Origin: a virus
Lineage: Duplodnaviria; Heunggongvirae; Uroviricota; Caudoviricetes
Direction: 5' to 3' (one strand)
Length of the DNA: 33,090 nucleotides
IMG/VR virus record: IMGVR_UViG_3300045993_000281
Span: 1-33,090 of that record
Shown here: positions 21,466-30,883 of the stretch, piece after piece
How the letters are laid out: each line of letters begins with the position of its first letter
Numbering within the stretch: the stretch's first letter is position 1
Program-made: the position numbers and the translations under genes
The notes under the pieces: model-generated
What the model was told of the DNA's origin: nothing
Database searches by the model: none
What the model saw: the letters and a program-made list of their open reading frames with translations, nothing else

Positions 21466-24189
21466 TTATAGTAAAGCTGAGTAGCCTGAAGGTGGTGAAT
21501 AAGTAAATGTCGGACCAAAGTTTGCGGTAGCAGCGGCAGCATTCTGATATAGGCATACAATAGGGAACCAAGTACCAGTGAGTCCGGTAGTCGCAGTCCC
21601 TAACGATACATTGTTCTTATATATTGTAAGAACGCCGGTATCCATATCCAACGCCATTCCTATAGTCTCGGTGCTGTAACTTGTAGAGTAACCTGTACCG
21701 TAGCCGTATATTGTACCTCCATTCTGGTATATAGAAAAGCCATTTGGCCCAGTAGTGTATGTTGTCAATGATTGTGTCGAGTTTGCGATACCTACCATAC
21801 AATCGCCACCGCCTGTGATCACAACTTCCCAGTACCACTTCCCAGAAGATTTGCCGATTGTTGCGCGTACATTATTAAATACAAAGGTGACCGTATTTGT
21901 AGCTACCAAGTTTGCAGAAGATAATGTAAGATTCGCACCCTTGTCTGCAGGGTTCCATGTGGCGTATACTGGGGTAGTTTTGATATAGGTCAAAACGTCT
22001 GCCAAAGACACAGCTTCTGAGTATGTAGGTCCAAATACATATTTAGCCGACAATACATCTGTCATACTGATAGCCTCTGTTTTTCCAGCTGGAACCACAC
22101 TTACGCCAAAATTTTCTGATACGTATACCGCATATTTAGGTGTAGCGTAACCACTAGTAACGTAACCGCTTGCAACGTAACCCATAACATCTGAAGGGTC
22201 TTTTCCAATTGCTAAATCTTTAGCGTCGGTGATGCCTGCAGCTTCATTAAATAATTGGCCGAAAGAAATCAAGTAAGTCAATGCGTCAGTTACGGAAACA
22301 GCTTCATTATAAGGCCGTGCGTAGCTCGCCAAATATGTAAACGCGTCGGTTAAAGACACAGCTTCCGGAAGCTGCCTGTCATACGATGTTATAGAGGTCA
22401 GAACATCGGTTATAGAGACAGCTTCATTGTATGGGCGGTTATAATTGACAATTGCGGTGAATAGATCTGTAACAGAAACTGCCTCAAAATAGGGCCTGTC
22501 GTATGCAACAAGATACGATAACGCATCTAGTAAAGAAATCGCCTCTGCGTAAGGTCTGTCATATGCGCATACCGCAACAAGCACGTCGGTTAACGAAAGG
22601 GCTTCATTTATAGACTTTGAAGTTGTAAATGCAGCTGCGTCCGTTATTTGCAAATCGCGTATTGTGTAGTTTCCTGCAACATATCCTTCTGTTACATACA
22701 GATCTGTTGCGGACTTTGCGAACACATTTGTGTAGGCGTCGGAAATGGATAACGCTTCATTTGCTTCTTTGTAGAGAATGCTAAGAAGTGCATCCACCAA
22801 GGTAATTGCCTCTGTGTACGAGCCACTCCCAGAGATTATCATAGTAAGGATATCTGTGAGAGACACGTCCTCTGTATAAGGACGATTGTAACTATATACT
22901 GCAGCGAACGCATCCGTTACATTAACAGCCTCTGCGGAAAATTTGCTTACCACCATCTCAGCCAAGTCTGCAAGAGACATTGGACCATCGAACGGTCTGT
23001 CGTAACTTGATAGTAAACTCAGAATATCAGCAATAGACACAGCTTCTGTCAAAGAGAGGCTAGAGGCGCCGCTCATTGCGTACGAGAAATTATCAGTAAT
23101 ACTAACAAATTCTGCAAACGGGCGTGCGTATGCTATTACGCGGGTTAGGACATCTGTGATCACCATTTCAGCTAGCGTATAACCGCCTGAAACGTACCCC
23201 TCAGTGACATAGATGTTGGAAATAGATTTAGCAATTGCGTTAGTCGTAGCGTCTGTTGTGCTAACAGCGTCAGCACTCCCCTTTCCTACTAGCAAATTTG
23301 TCTGATCAACTACGGCTACAGCCTCAGCCAATACCTGTCCATACACGTAAAGGAATGTCAAAATGTCTGTTATCGACATAGTTTCTAATGACATCTTACC
23401 CATTGTCACCGCGCTTATGTCAGAGACAGCCACACCGCCGCCCTTGATGTACCCTGCAGCTACAAACCCAGACGCTACGTAGCCGTCTTCTGAAAGGATA
23501 GGTTTACTAAAGTTGTTTGCGTAGGCATCCGACACAGTTAACGCGTCGTCCGTAGCCTTAAGAGATACAAAAAGCAGAGCCTCATTTATGGATATCTCTT
23601 CAAGTAACGCCTTTGCTAAGTTCAAGAGCGCCGCATCCGAAATTATTACAGGCTCAATTTTGAAAGAACTAAAATCAATATAAGTCTTACTGAATACATT
23701 AAAGTTTTCAAAGAGATTACTATAATCAGTAATAAAGTCGTAGTAAGTCGGAAATCCAATTACATCGATTGTTATCTCGGAAGCAATGTTTGCTATAAGC
23801 GCAGGACTGCTAACACTCGCAATTATCTGCGGGGTAGCGATCGTAAGAGCAGCTTGTATGCCATTTCGGATACTTGCTACTATATTCGAAGTGGCTACTG
23901 TAGCGGTATTCTGCGAAGTATCAATTCCTGCAACCACCTGGCTGTGAGGAATCGAAACAACAGGTACACCATTATTTGTCAATGTTATGTTCGGGGTAGC
24001 TGCACCCACTGCTATAACCGGAATAGCGTCAGTCGTAACAGTCGGGTTAGTTGTAGTTATATTTACCGCTTTCGCAGTTGCATCAGTAGCAGCATTAACC
24101 GCGCCTACAGCTATACTGGCTACGATAGATTTCGTGCCGACGGTAAGTGTAGGCTTGTTATGCTTTACCGTAACTTTCCGTCTGGCCAT
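21466..24189 (-). CDS. Long repeat-containing fibre/scaffold protein with C-terminal SPRY (B30.2-like) domain
   Basis: Many 18-20-aa EAVS(I/L)TD...Y(D/N)RPY repeats, four GYVxxG(Y/F) motifs, C-terminal TWNPADK...VRATIGKSSGKWYWEV...IGMALDMDTG..YKNN. Confidence 0.75.
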   Translation of the reverse strand: MARRKVTVKHNKPTLTVGTKSIVASIAVGAVNAATDATAKAVNITTTNPTVTTDAIPVIAVGAATPNITLTNNGVPVVSIPHSQVVAGIDTSQNTATVATSNIVASIRNGIQAALTIATPQIIASVSSPALIANIASEITIDVIGFPTYYDFITDYSNLFENFNVFSKTYIDFSSFKIEPVIISDAALLNLAKALLEEISINEALLFVSLKATDDALTVSDAYANNFSKPILSEDGYVASGFVAAGYIKGGGVAVSDISAVTMGKMSLETMSITDILTFLYVYGQVLAEAVAVVDQTNLLVGKGSADAVSTTDATTNAIAKSISNIYVTEGYVSGGYTLAEMVITDVLTRVIAYARPFAEFVSITDNFSYAMSGASSLSLTEAVSIADILSLLSSYDRPFDGPMSLADLAEMVVSKFSAEAVNVTDAFAAVYSYNRPYTEDVSLTDILTMIISGSGSYTEAITLVDALLSILYKEANEALSISDAYTNVFAKSATDLYVTEGYVAGNYTIRDLQITDAAAFTTSKSINEALSLTDVLVAVCAYDRPYAEAISLLDALSYLVAYDRPYFEAVSVTDLFTAIVNYNRPYNEAVSITDVLTSITSYDRQLPEAVSLTDAFTYLASYARPYNEAVSVTDALTYLISFGQLFNEAAGITDAKDLAIGKDPSDVMGYVASGYVTSGYATPKYAVYVSENFGVSVVPAGKTEAISMTDVLSAKYVFGPTYSEAVSLADVLTYIKTTPVYATWNPADKGANLTLSSANLVATNTVTFVFNNVRATIGKSSGKWYWEVVITGGGDCMVGIANSTQSLTTYTTGPNGFSIYQNGGTIYGYGTGYSTSYSTETIGMALDMDTGVLTIYKNNVSLGTATTGLTGTWFPIVCLYQNAAAATANFGPTFTYSPPSGYSALL

Positions 24190-24197
24190 GTTAATCC

Positions 24198-24833
24198 TTA
24201 GGGGACAGGTACAATATTAGTTGGGCTGTATAGCATTTCTACCATACCCCGCATAGGTTTCCAGGTTCGTTGGTAGCGACCGCCAGTAGGCTCAGTTACT
24301 CTCAACTCGAAGAATCCGTAAGTATTATATTGTGTATTAGGCTGAACAGCCCACGTGCTGCTAAGCGCCAGCGGAAACTGTATATGAACTTGATTAGGCT
24401 CGTACAGTTCCCAATTAATAGCGTCTAGTTCCGGCGCCACAATCGAAGTCAGATTGCCAATCGATTTACGCTTATAGTATAGATTATTTGCTGGGGCTCG
24501 CACAAGTTCTAGCGCAGTATAGATAGTACTTCCAATCCAGACGAGCCCAGCTGCGTTGATTGTAGGGTGCCAAACATCCAGTGTAGTGTCTATCCTTGCC
24601 ACTGCTTTCGCGGTAACAGGTGGCACTATTTGGCCGACCACATTTTCTGCTTCCATCACAACAGCCTCGAAGGTATATGGATTTCCACCACTATTGCCTA
24701 ATCCACTTACGTTTGCGATGAAGTCTAACGTGACAGGAAACTCAAGTTGCTCCCCCTGCACGATTGACCATAAAACACCTCCAGAATCGTCCTGAAGGCT
24801 AGTACCTGTACTTGTTATCAAAGATCGCGCCAT
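24198..24833 (-). CDS. Virion protein, possibly BppU-like adaptor, with a CBM5/12-like insert
   Basis: First gene after the candidate promoter; beta-rich; insert W.GSTIY..ELV......YY....NW. Confidence 0.55.
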   Translation of the reverse strand: MARSLITSTGTSLQDDSGGVLWSIVQGEQLEFPVTLDFIANVSGLGNSGGNPYTFEAVVMEAENVVGQIVPPVTAKAVARIDTTLDVWHPTINAAGLVWIGSTIYTALELVRAPANNLYYKRKSIGNLTSIVAPELDAINWELYEPNQVHIQFPLALSSTWAVQPNTQYNTYGFFELRVTEPTGGRYQRTWKPMRGMVEMLYSPTNIVPVP

Positions 24834-24960
24834 GTTAACCGCCTTATTTGTGAATTAATTGATTGTTAATATTGAATAATAATGATAACTATAACCCATA
24901 AGATGATTGGTTGGGCTGGTTATATAGTCCCTATATTACAGGGGGAGGGCGCCCTTATCT

Positions 24961-24978
24961 TTAATTTAACGGGTTCGC
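24961..24978 (-). promoter_or_regulatory. Candidate phage-RNAP promoter, copy 2
   Basis: GCGAACCCGTTAAATTAA; 17/18 identical to 9887..9904. Confidence 0.6.
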
Positions 24979-25072
24979 CCATCCATTATGATGCATATTA
25001 TCACATTAGAAAAAGCTAAGCGTTAAGCCGAACTTTTTCCATTGTCATAACGGTTTTAAAAAGGCCAGCCTT

Positions 25073-25116
25073 GACGACCATCATCGACCACTTTTTTCGT
25101 GGCCGCTATGATCGTC
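25073..25116 (-). other. Long interrupted hairpin after the tail operon
   Basis: GACGATCAT/ATGGTCGTC lower stem, CGGCCAC/GTGGTCG upper stem, A-rich loop; followed by AAGGCTGGCCTTTTT. Confidence 0.5.
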
Positions 25117-25138
25117 CTGACATGCCAGTGGGTACTTC

Positions 25139-25597
25139 TCAACGCGAAGCGTGCGACGTTCGCCAGACTGCGATATGTCCTCGCGATTGCCAGCCACGTT
25201 TCTCCAAGATACGCACCATAACTCTTGTAGGATCCATATGTGAACCTTGCGTTATACAGTATGGAATTCTGTTCTCTTCAGCAAATTTTATCATTTCGCC
25301 GTGAGCACATAGTACTGCTTTTGCGGCTGAAATGCCTTTAAAAATAGAAGTATAGAACTGCTGATTAATAGTTCTATAGTGCGCAAACTTAGAGACAGAT
25401 ACATCGCACACTAGCCAACCGACTATTTCGTCTTCGTCTTCCATTACACGAATAAACTGCCCCGTACGCCAATGTTTCTCAATATTGACGTACGAAGCAC
25501 GCTTATCGGTTGGCAGAAAGGTCTCGTCATTTTGCGCCAAATACATATCAACGCATTTCCTGAGTTCAACAATACTCTCTGGTTTCCGCATATACAT
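25139..25597 (-). CDS. GNAT-fold-like protein in the tail module
   Basis: IRVMEDEDEIVGWL beta hairpin, IKFAEENRIPYCI helix-strand, ILEKRGWQ ending typical of GNAT folds; no clear acetyl-CoA loop. Confidence 0.5.
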   Translation of the reverse strand: MYMRKPESIVELRKCVDMYLAQNDETFLPTDKRASYVNIEKHWRTGQFIRVMEDEDEIVGWLVCDVSVSKFAHYRTINQQFYTSIFKGISAAKAVLCAHGEMIKFAEENRIPYCITQGSHMDPTRVMVRILEKRGWQSRGHIAVWRTSHASR

Positions 25598-26196
25598 TAA
25601 ATCACACTATACCAATTAATGGCATCCGCTTCGGCTACAGTTGTTGCTTTGTTAATCAGACCTCTCAGTTGTCCCGCTCTTGCATGCATGGCCACAGCGC
25701 GTATATCCTGCATTTCTGCAGCACGCTTTAGCATCATGCTTGAGATGATTGTGATAGAGTTGTCCGCTAACGTCCATTCAAAACTGCCACGATCGGCATG
25801 AGACAGCGCGTAAGACATCATGGCTGGGTTATAGTCAAATGTCATTCCATCGCATGTGAACGGCTTTACTTTTTCTATCTCGCGGTTCTTCTTTATCTCA
25901 CGCCATTTAGCCGTTTGTGCTTGCGCTAATATACGGTTATCCACCGCAATCCGTTCTGGCATTTTCCAAGACCATCCTGGGTTGCTTAGGCAGAATTGGA
26001 TGGCTGTCAGCTCCGCTTCGGTATATGCAATAACCTCTCCGTCCTTGTAGTAGTGGCGCCCTGGTAAACAACTCTTGTCCGTCAACACCATAACAGTACC
26101 TACGGGGGTATTATCGGCCATGCAACTCTCTTGGCAAAACCCTGCATTTACAATTTCACCGTTATCTCGAACGGTAATATAGCTTACATTTTTCAT
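25597..26196 (-). CDS. Tail fibre assembly/chaperone protein with DUF4376 domain
   Basis: KWREIKKNR...FTCDGMTFD...WTLADNS...L..LINKATT.AE..AINW. Confidence 0.75.
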   Translation of the reverse strand: MKNVSYITVRDNGEIVNAGFCQESCMADNTPVGTVMVLTDKSCLPGRHYYKDGEVIAYTEAELTAIQFCLSNPGWSWKMPERIAVDNRILAQAQTAKWREIKKNREIEKVKPFTCDGMTFDYNPAMMSYALSHADRGSFEWTLADNSITIISSMMLKRAAEMQDIRAVAMHARAGQLRGLINKATTVAEADAINWYSVI

Positions 26197-29100
26197 CGCT
26201 TTGCACCTGTTAAGAAAATAGAACTACTGCCAGCGTTATTTGCACCGCCAGAACTACCTGGATTGCGCCGAAGATACAACGTATACGTCTTTGAGCCTGT
26301 GGTTGGGATAATAGTTCCTTGCACCGCAACAGTTCCCCCAAACCCGCTAGAAAAACTATATCCAAACTCTGAGGTCGCACCATCAGAAGAACTTATATAA
26401 CAATCTATCTGGTATGGTCCATCACTCCCGAGCGGCGCTACTTGACACATACCACTGACGTACGCCCTATCGGGTAAGTCTGTAACGCTACTACCAAAAT
26501 TAAAGCTAGTTGACACAACAGGTAGCCAGCTTGTCGTTAAGGAACCGCCAGAGCCTGTATTCGCATTTACCCCAGTAATGGCGTTCCCAGCTACCTTTAA
26601 TGTACCAATAGACGCATCCGCAATCTTTGCACTGTCAATTGCAGCGTCAGCTATCTTGGCCGTAGTTATAGTAGCTTCCGCAATAAATGCAGCCTTCATA
26701 TACACCCCTACAGGGTAATACACGCCGTCTACATCAGTACCTGGTGTTGTCCGAACAACAAATGGTAAAGCCGGAGGCACCCCTGGGCCAGCTGGAGAAG
26801 CAATATAAAACTCATCTGCACGGATTGCAAAAGTACTGTATGGTACAAATGGAAAGCTAAGACCTGCATGGTCTCCTGCCCCAATTACTGGAGCAACACT
26901 TGATAGGCCAAATCCTGAAACATAACCATAGTTATCGATCTTAACAGACCATTGATTCTTCAGATTATTGGTAGTTTCAACTAACGAGCCTACGCCTGTC
27001 CCAACACGAGTTCCTAAGGCCGTATAGAACTGGCTTTCGGTTATTTGACTCGTAAGTGATGTCAGTAAAGTAGATACGTCCACACCGGACGTAGCTGCGG
27101 AGTTTCCCCCACAAATAGTCGAATTCGCCCCGACATCCTGATCTCTTGATACCCATTTTACGTACACCCACCATATTCTAGCAGGGTCTGTTGGAAACGT
27201 AAACACACTGTTAGTAGTAGAGCCCATGTCAATCCAACCACCAGTGGCTGTAGTCGGCGCTGCACCTGAGTAACCTAATGGTTGACTCCACGCAAAGACT
27301 TCTGTGTGGTGGTAACCGCCATGTTCTGTATAATTACCTACAGGGATTCCAGTAACAAACACATGGGTTATAGCTGCGTTAACAGCAAAACTTCCAGGGG
27401 TAGGTGTATTTGCACCACCTGAGTTCACGACACGGTTATCTTGTGTCAGAACCGTAAGAGAACGATTATACGTGTTTCCCTTATACACAGCCCTTAACAC
27501 AACACTACCGGACGCTGCCGTTAATGCTGTCAGAACGTACCGTCCACGATTTGTCGGAGGAAGAGCATTATCCATCGTAACCGTACAATTGATAGCACTA
27601 TTGAACGAAAATGTCACTTGGTCGGTATGACTTTTGTCAATACCGCTGTCTAATATCGTAAAATCTCCGAAGAACAGAGGAACACCACCGCCATCAAGTA
27701 GGACGGGGACATTAGTAGTAGGATTTTGTGATACAATAAACGTATTCTTACTTATTGCAGCAACAATTTGGCCGTTGTTGCCGACCAATGTGATATCGAG
27801 TAGCGGCCAACGTGAGCCTGTAGCTTCGCTTAATTCTGGCGCAGTCTTTCCGGCAGCTGTTTGCGCCACAACAGTGAAGGTATAATTACCACGGTCTATT
27901 GAAGGTAACTCAAAACGTAAATCGCTTGTTTGCCCAACTTCTATCCAAGCTGTGCCTCTTTTGACCTCAGTTGCAGCTGTGCTAGTAAACTTAATGATAT
28001 AGTTAACAACACGCGGATCAGGCGATTTAGCCCATGTTAATACGCCAGAGGTAAAGTCCTGCAATTGGCTCGTATCGCTAAAGAATAGATTAGACGCTTG
28101 CGCGACTTCCATTAGATATATGTTACGCGCTTGTACATATTCAGTATCCGCTGCATTCCAAGCAAGATTCCTACAATCATACTTTATAGCCTGTACAATT
28201 GCATTACCTGCGTCAGATACTTTGACTTCCTCAATCTGTAACAATTCCCCTGGGTCAATGCCGAGTACAATACTCGTTATCTTGATAATATCACCAGGTT
28301 CCAGTCCTGCGTATTTAGTACGCAACGCAAATTTATAAATAACCTGCGCGCGGGAACTTCTAACACGTTCTTCTGCAACAGCCTCCGCATGGAATGAGTC
28401 AGAACAGCCTACTTGTGTTATTTCTGATTCTAGCGGCAGATCATTATCTTGAAAACGATACAACTCATACAAGTTGTGTGTACTACCAATACCGCCTGTA
28501 GAGTTGTATATCTTAGGGTCATTTTTAGAAGGCCATGAGACAGAATTTTCAGCAAAATCTTCGGATTCGTCAGAAAATTTGACTGTACAATAATTCAACC
28601 GTTCTTGGCTACTAGGCCAAATTGTTCCAACAGCTTCGTCACGAACGATATCGTTGTCTGTAAGATACGCAACTACCACATCATCTGTCCAATTAGCATT
28701 TCCTGGGGCTGGTAGAGAGCCTGTAGTAGAAGCCGCTGCCCTATACAAAGATACGTCCGTAGTGTATCCGGCGGGGTATTGTACGACATCCCCGATCTGA
28801 TATACTGACCCTGGCCCATGGGAAATGTATTCAGTGGGGTATACTAGACTTAGCTTATATTTTCCATCGCTCCAGATAAGCTCGGCGCCTTCCATTGTTC
28901 CTAGGATTAGCTCAATATTATCACGAATCGGCCTTGAAGTATCAATCATGAGATTACATTCAAACCGACTAATATTTCTATTATTTACTTTGCTAATTTC
29001 CGTCCATAGTTTGCCATTCACTGGCGCTGAGGATATTACGCGATAATCACAAAACTGTTTTGCCCTATAGAAGGATAACCAATCAATCTGAGAGCTTGCC

Positions 29101-30287
29101 AAGCCACGACCATAATCTGCATTGGTAAGATAATCTAGTAATACCTCGGCAGGGTTGTTAGTATACGTAGTAGTTGCACCCCACAACGAGACATCCGGCC
29201 CTGTCAATCTTTTTACCTTTTGGCCCTCGACATAAAATGTTACACTAGGCACACCTGTATAAGCCGGATTATCTCTATCCAATCTGAATACCATAGATGC
29301 ATGGGTACACCCATTAAAAGCAGCATAATTACGTGCAGAATCATTTCCCGAAACCAATGGATCGACTACACTGTCAGTGTAAACGTGGATTCTATGTCCT
29401 GTCACCCTGTTGTTTTCACGGTAAGCAGCATCATTATACGATCTATCGTTGACGTCTACAAACCAAACTTTGCTTATACCTGCGCGGCAGATAGCTTGCT
29501 GCACAAAAAGGAATTCATGCTTAGTGCCGGTAACGTTGTCAGTAAGCGCGCCTGTACCAATGGCTATGGACGCGTTTTCAGTTGGAATATTAGCTATTAT
29601 TTGGCCAGTGGAGTTATTATAGGAGACCAAAGAGTATGTTACAGTAACTATCGCCGTGTCCGTATTAGGGTCATACCCTCCGGAAAATATATCATTTTCT
29701 GTCACGGTGAATAAAAATCCCGCTTTCGCAGAACCTACTCCAAATACGTTAGAGTAGCCAGGCTCGCCAGTAAAGGTTATTTGCGTAGATGTAAAACTGG
29801 CGGACGGCCAGCTGCTGCTCCACGTATTAATATAATTAATTCTTGCCACGCTGACTGTTCCGTCTGTGTTCAATACTTCGGGTACAGTCGCTCTAATTTC
29901 CAAAATGGTTGCAGCGCTCTTAGAGTTGAATACGGTACGGCCATCACCAACACTAGTGAATACAAATGCCTTATTTAGCGCTAACATACTGGAATCCGCA
30001 TTCGCGTATGTGTAGTCAGAAGCTACCCTATGATAAACGCGGTTTCCACCCACTTTATTTCTGCCGTAAGCAACAGGCAAGCTGGTAGATTCACCTTCTG
30101 TTACAATTCTAAAACCCTTTTGTCTGTCTGCTTCTGCCGCCGCCTTTGACGCTAATTGTTTTTGGCGCATACGTTGATATAGAATCGATGAGACTGTAAG
30201 TGCCGCCATTATAGCGGTACTCCATAACATCTCAAAGATAGTGCCAACTAATGCTGTGATTAGTCCCATTATATTTCCTTTCCCCAT
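26193..30287 (-). CDS. Central tail tip / host-specificity protein (lambda J-like, FN3 and DUF1983-like regions)
   Basis: LPVAYGR, YTNNPAEVLLDYLT..YGRG, FN3-like LTWAKSPD..Y, WSVKIDNYGYVSGFGL...FAIRADEF...AFIAEATITTAKIADAAI. Confidence 0.88.
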   Translation of the reverse strand: MGKGNIMGLITALVGTIFEMLWSTAIMAALTVSSILYQRMRQKQLASKAAAEADRQKGFRIVTEGESTSLPVAYGRNKVGGNRVYHRVASDYTYANADSSMLALNKAFVFTSVGDGRTVFNSKSAATILEIRATVPEVLNTDGTVSVARINYINTWSSSWPSASFTSTQITFTGEPGYSNVFGVGSAKAGFLFTVTENDIFSGGYDPNTDTAIVTVTYSLVSYNNSTGQIIANIPTENASIAIGTGALTDNVTGTKHEFLFVQQAICRAGISKVWFVDVNDRSYNDAAYRENNRVTGHRIHVYTDSVVDPLVSGNDSARNYAAFNGCTHASMVFRLDRDNPAYTGVPSVTFYVEGQKVKRLTGPDVSLWGATTTYTNNPAEVLLDYLTNADYGRGLASSQIDWLSFYRAKQFCDYRVISSAPVNGKLWTEISKVNNRNISRFECNLMIDTSRPIRDNIELILGTMEGAELIWSDGKYKLSLVYPTEYISHGPGSVYQIGDVVQYPAGYTTDVSLYRAAASTTGSLPAPGNANWTDDVVVAYLTDNDIVRDEAVGTIWPSSQERLNYCTVKFSDESEDFAENSVSWPSKNDPKIYNSTGGIGSTHNLYELYRFQDNDLPLESEITQVGCSDSFHAEAVAEERVRSSRAQVIYKFALRTKYAGLEPGDIIKITSIVLGIDPGELLQIEEVKVSDAGNAIVQAIKYDCRNLAWNAADTEYVQARNIYLMEVAQASNLFFSDTSQLQDFTSGVLTWAKSPDPRVVNYIIKFTSTAATEVKRGTAWIEVGQTSDLRFELPSIDRGNYTFTVVAQTAAGKTAPELSEATGSRWPLLDITLVGNNGQIVAAISKNTFIVSQNPTTNVPVLLDGGGVPLFFGDFTILDSGIDKSHTDQVTFSFNSAINCTVTMDNALPPTNRGRYVLTALTAASGSVVLRAVYKGNTYNRSLTVLTQDNRVVNSGGANTPTPGSFAVNAAITHVFVTGIPVGNYTEHGGYHHTEVFAWSQPLGYSGAAPTTATGGWIDMGSTTNSVFTFPTDPARIWWVYVKWVSRDQDVGANSTICGGNSAATSGVDVSTLLTSLTSQITESQFYTALGTRVGTGVGSLVETTNNLKNQWSVKIDNYGYVSGFGLSSVAPVIGAGDHAGLSFPFVPYSTFAIRADEFYIASPAGPGVPPALPFVVRTTPGTDVDGVYYPVGVYMKAAFIAEATITTAKIADAAIDSAKIADASIGTLKVAGNAITGVNANTGSGGSLTTSWLPVVSTSFNFGSSVTDLPDRAYVSGMCQVAPLGSDGPYQIDCYISSSDGATSEFGYSFSSGFGGTVAVQGTIIPTTGSKTYTLYLRRNPGSSGGANNAGSSSIFLTGAKR

Positions 30288-30883
30288 AGCAACTGGACGC
30301 CTTTCGAACCAACAAAAACTTGGTCGAAAGACGTATCAGTTGCGCTACTTGGTCTTTGTCTAATACTTTCTCTATTAGTTAAGAAAGACCTAACAAGACT
30401 TAATTGACCCAATGGTGACGCACACTCTACCGTAACCATTACCGCACCGTCTAAATTAATATCGTATGAGGCCCTGTCTACAGCGCCACTGTATGCGAGA
30501 ATAGTGTCCGTAATAGATAAGAATGGCGAACCAGGAGACACACCTGAAATAATAGTCTCTGTGGTATTTATAAAGCCCATGCGTACATTTACAGTGTAGC
30601 CTATCCAACCAGCTTCAAAGTATGGTCTAAACTCAAAGTCAGGATCTGTAAACTTCAGTGTATATACTTGGCGGTCAACTACCTGTGTAATTTTAGGGGG
30701 GTCTACACTCACTAGCTTAGACCCACCGAAATAAGTATCCCCGTCAACGATAACATTATGCGCTAACGTACACTGTCTTCGCATAGGAGTTGCTGTGCCA
30801 TTTCCCTGCATAGACATTATATAAAAGTATTGTATTAGCTGTGTATTTAGCAGGGTCTGTATATTTGCACTAATCGCGCGCAT
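30269..30883 (-). CDS. Tail hub / minor tail protein
   Basis: Position between the distal-tail-like gene and the tip; ends D.SFDQV...LLWG as in siphophage hub genes. Confidence 0.65.
   Translation of the reverse strand: MRAISANIQTLLNTQLIQYFYIMSMQGNGTATPMRRQCTLAHNVIVDGDTYFGGSKLVSVDPPKITQVVDRQVYTLKFTDPDFEFRPYFEAGWIGYTVNVRMGFINTTETIISGVSPGSPFLSITDTILAYSGAVDRASYDINLDGAVMVTVECASPLGQLSLVRSFLTNRESIRQRPSSATDTSFDQVFVGSKGVQLLWGKEI

Noticed and set aside
21466-24189. Repeats in the 907-aa gene as a CRISPR array or DGR template/variable repeat pair
   Set aside because: The repeats are conserved at protein level with synonymous divergence; no spacer structure, no adenine-specific mismatch pair and no reverse transcriptase in the window.
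24903-25019. 38-aa plus-strand ORF (MIGWAGYIVPILQG...) in the non-coding gap
   Set aside because: Opposite to all other genes, no SD, and overlaps the promoter candidate; probably chance.
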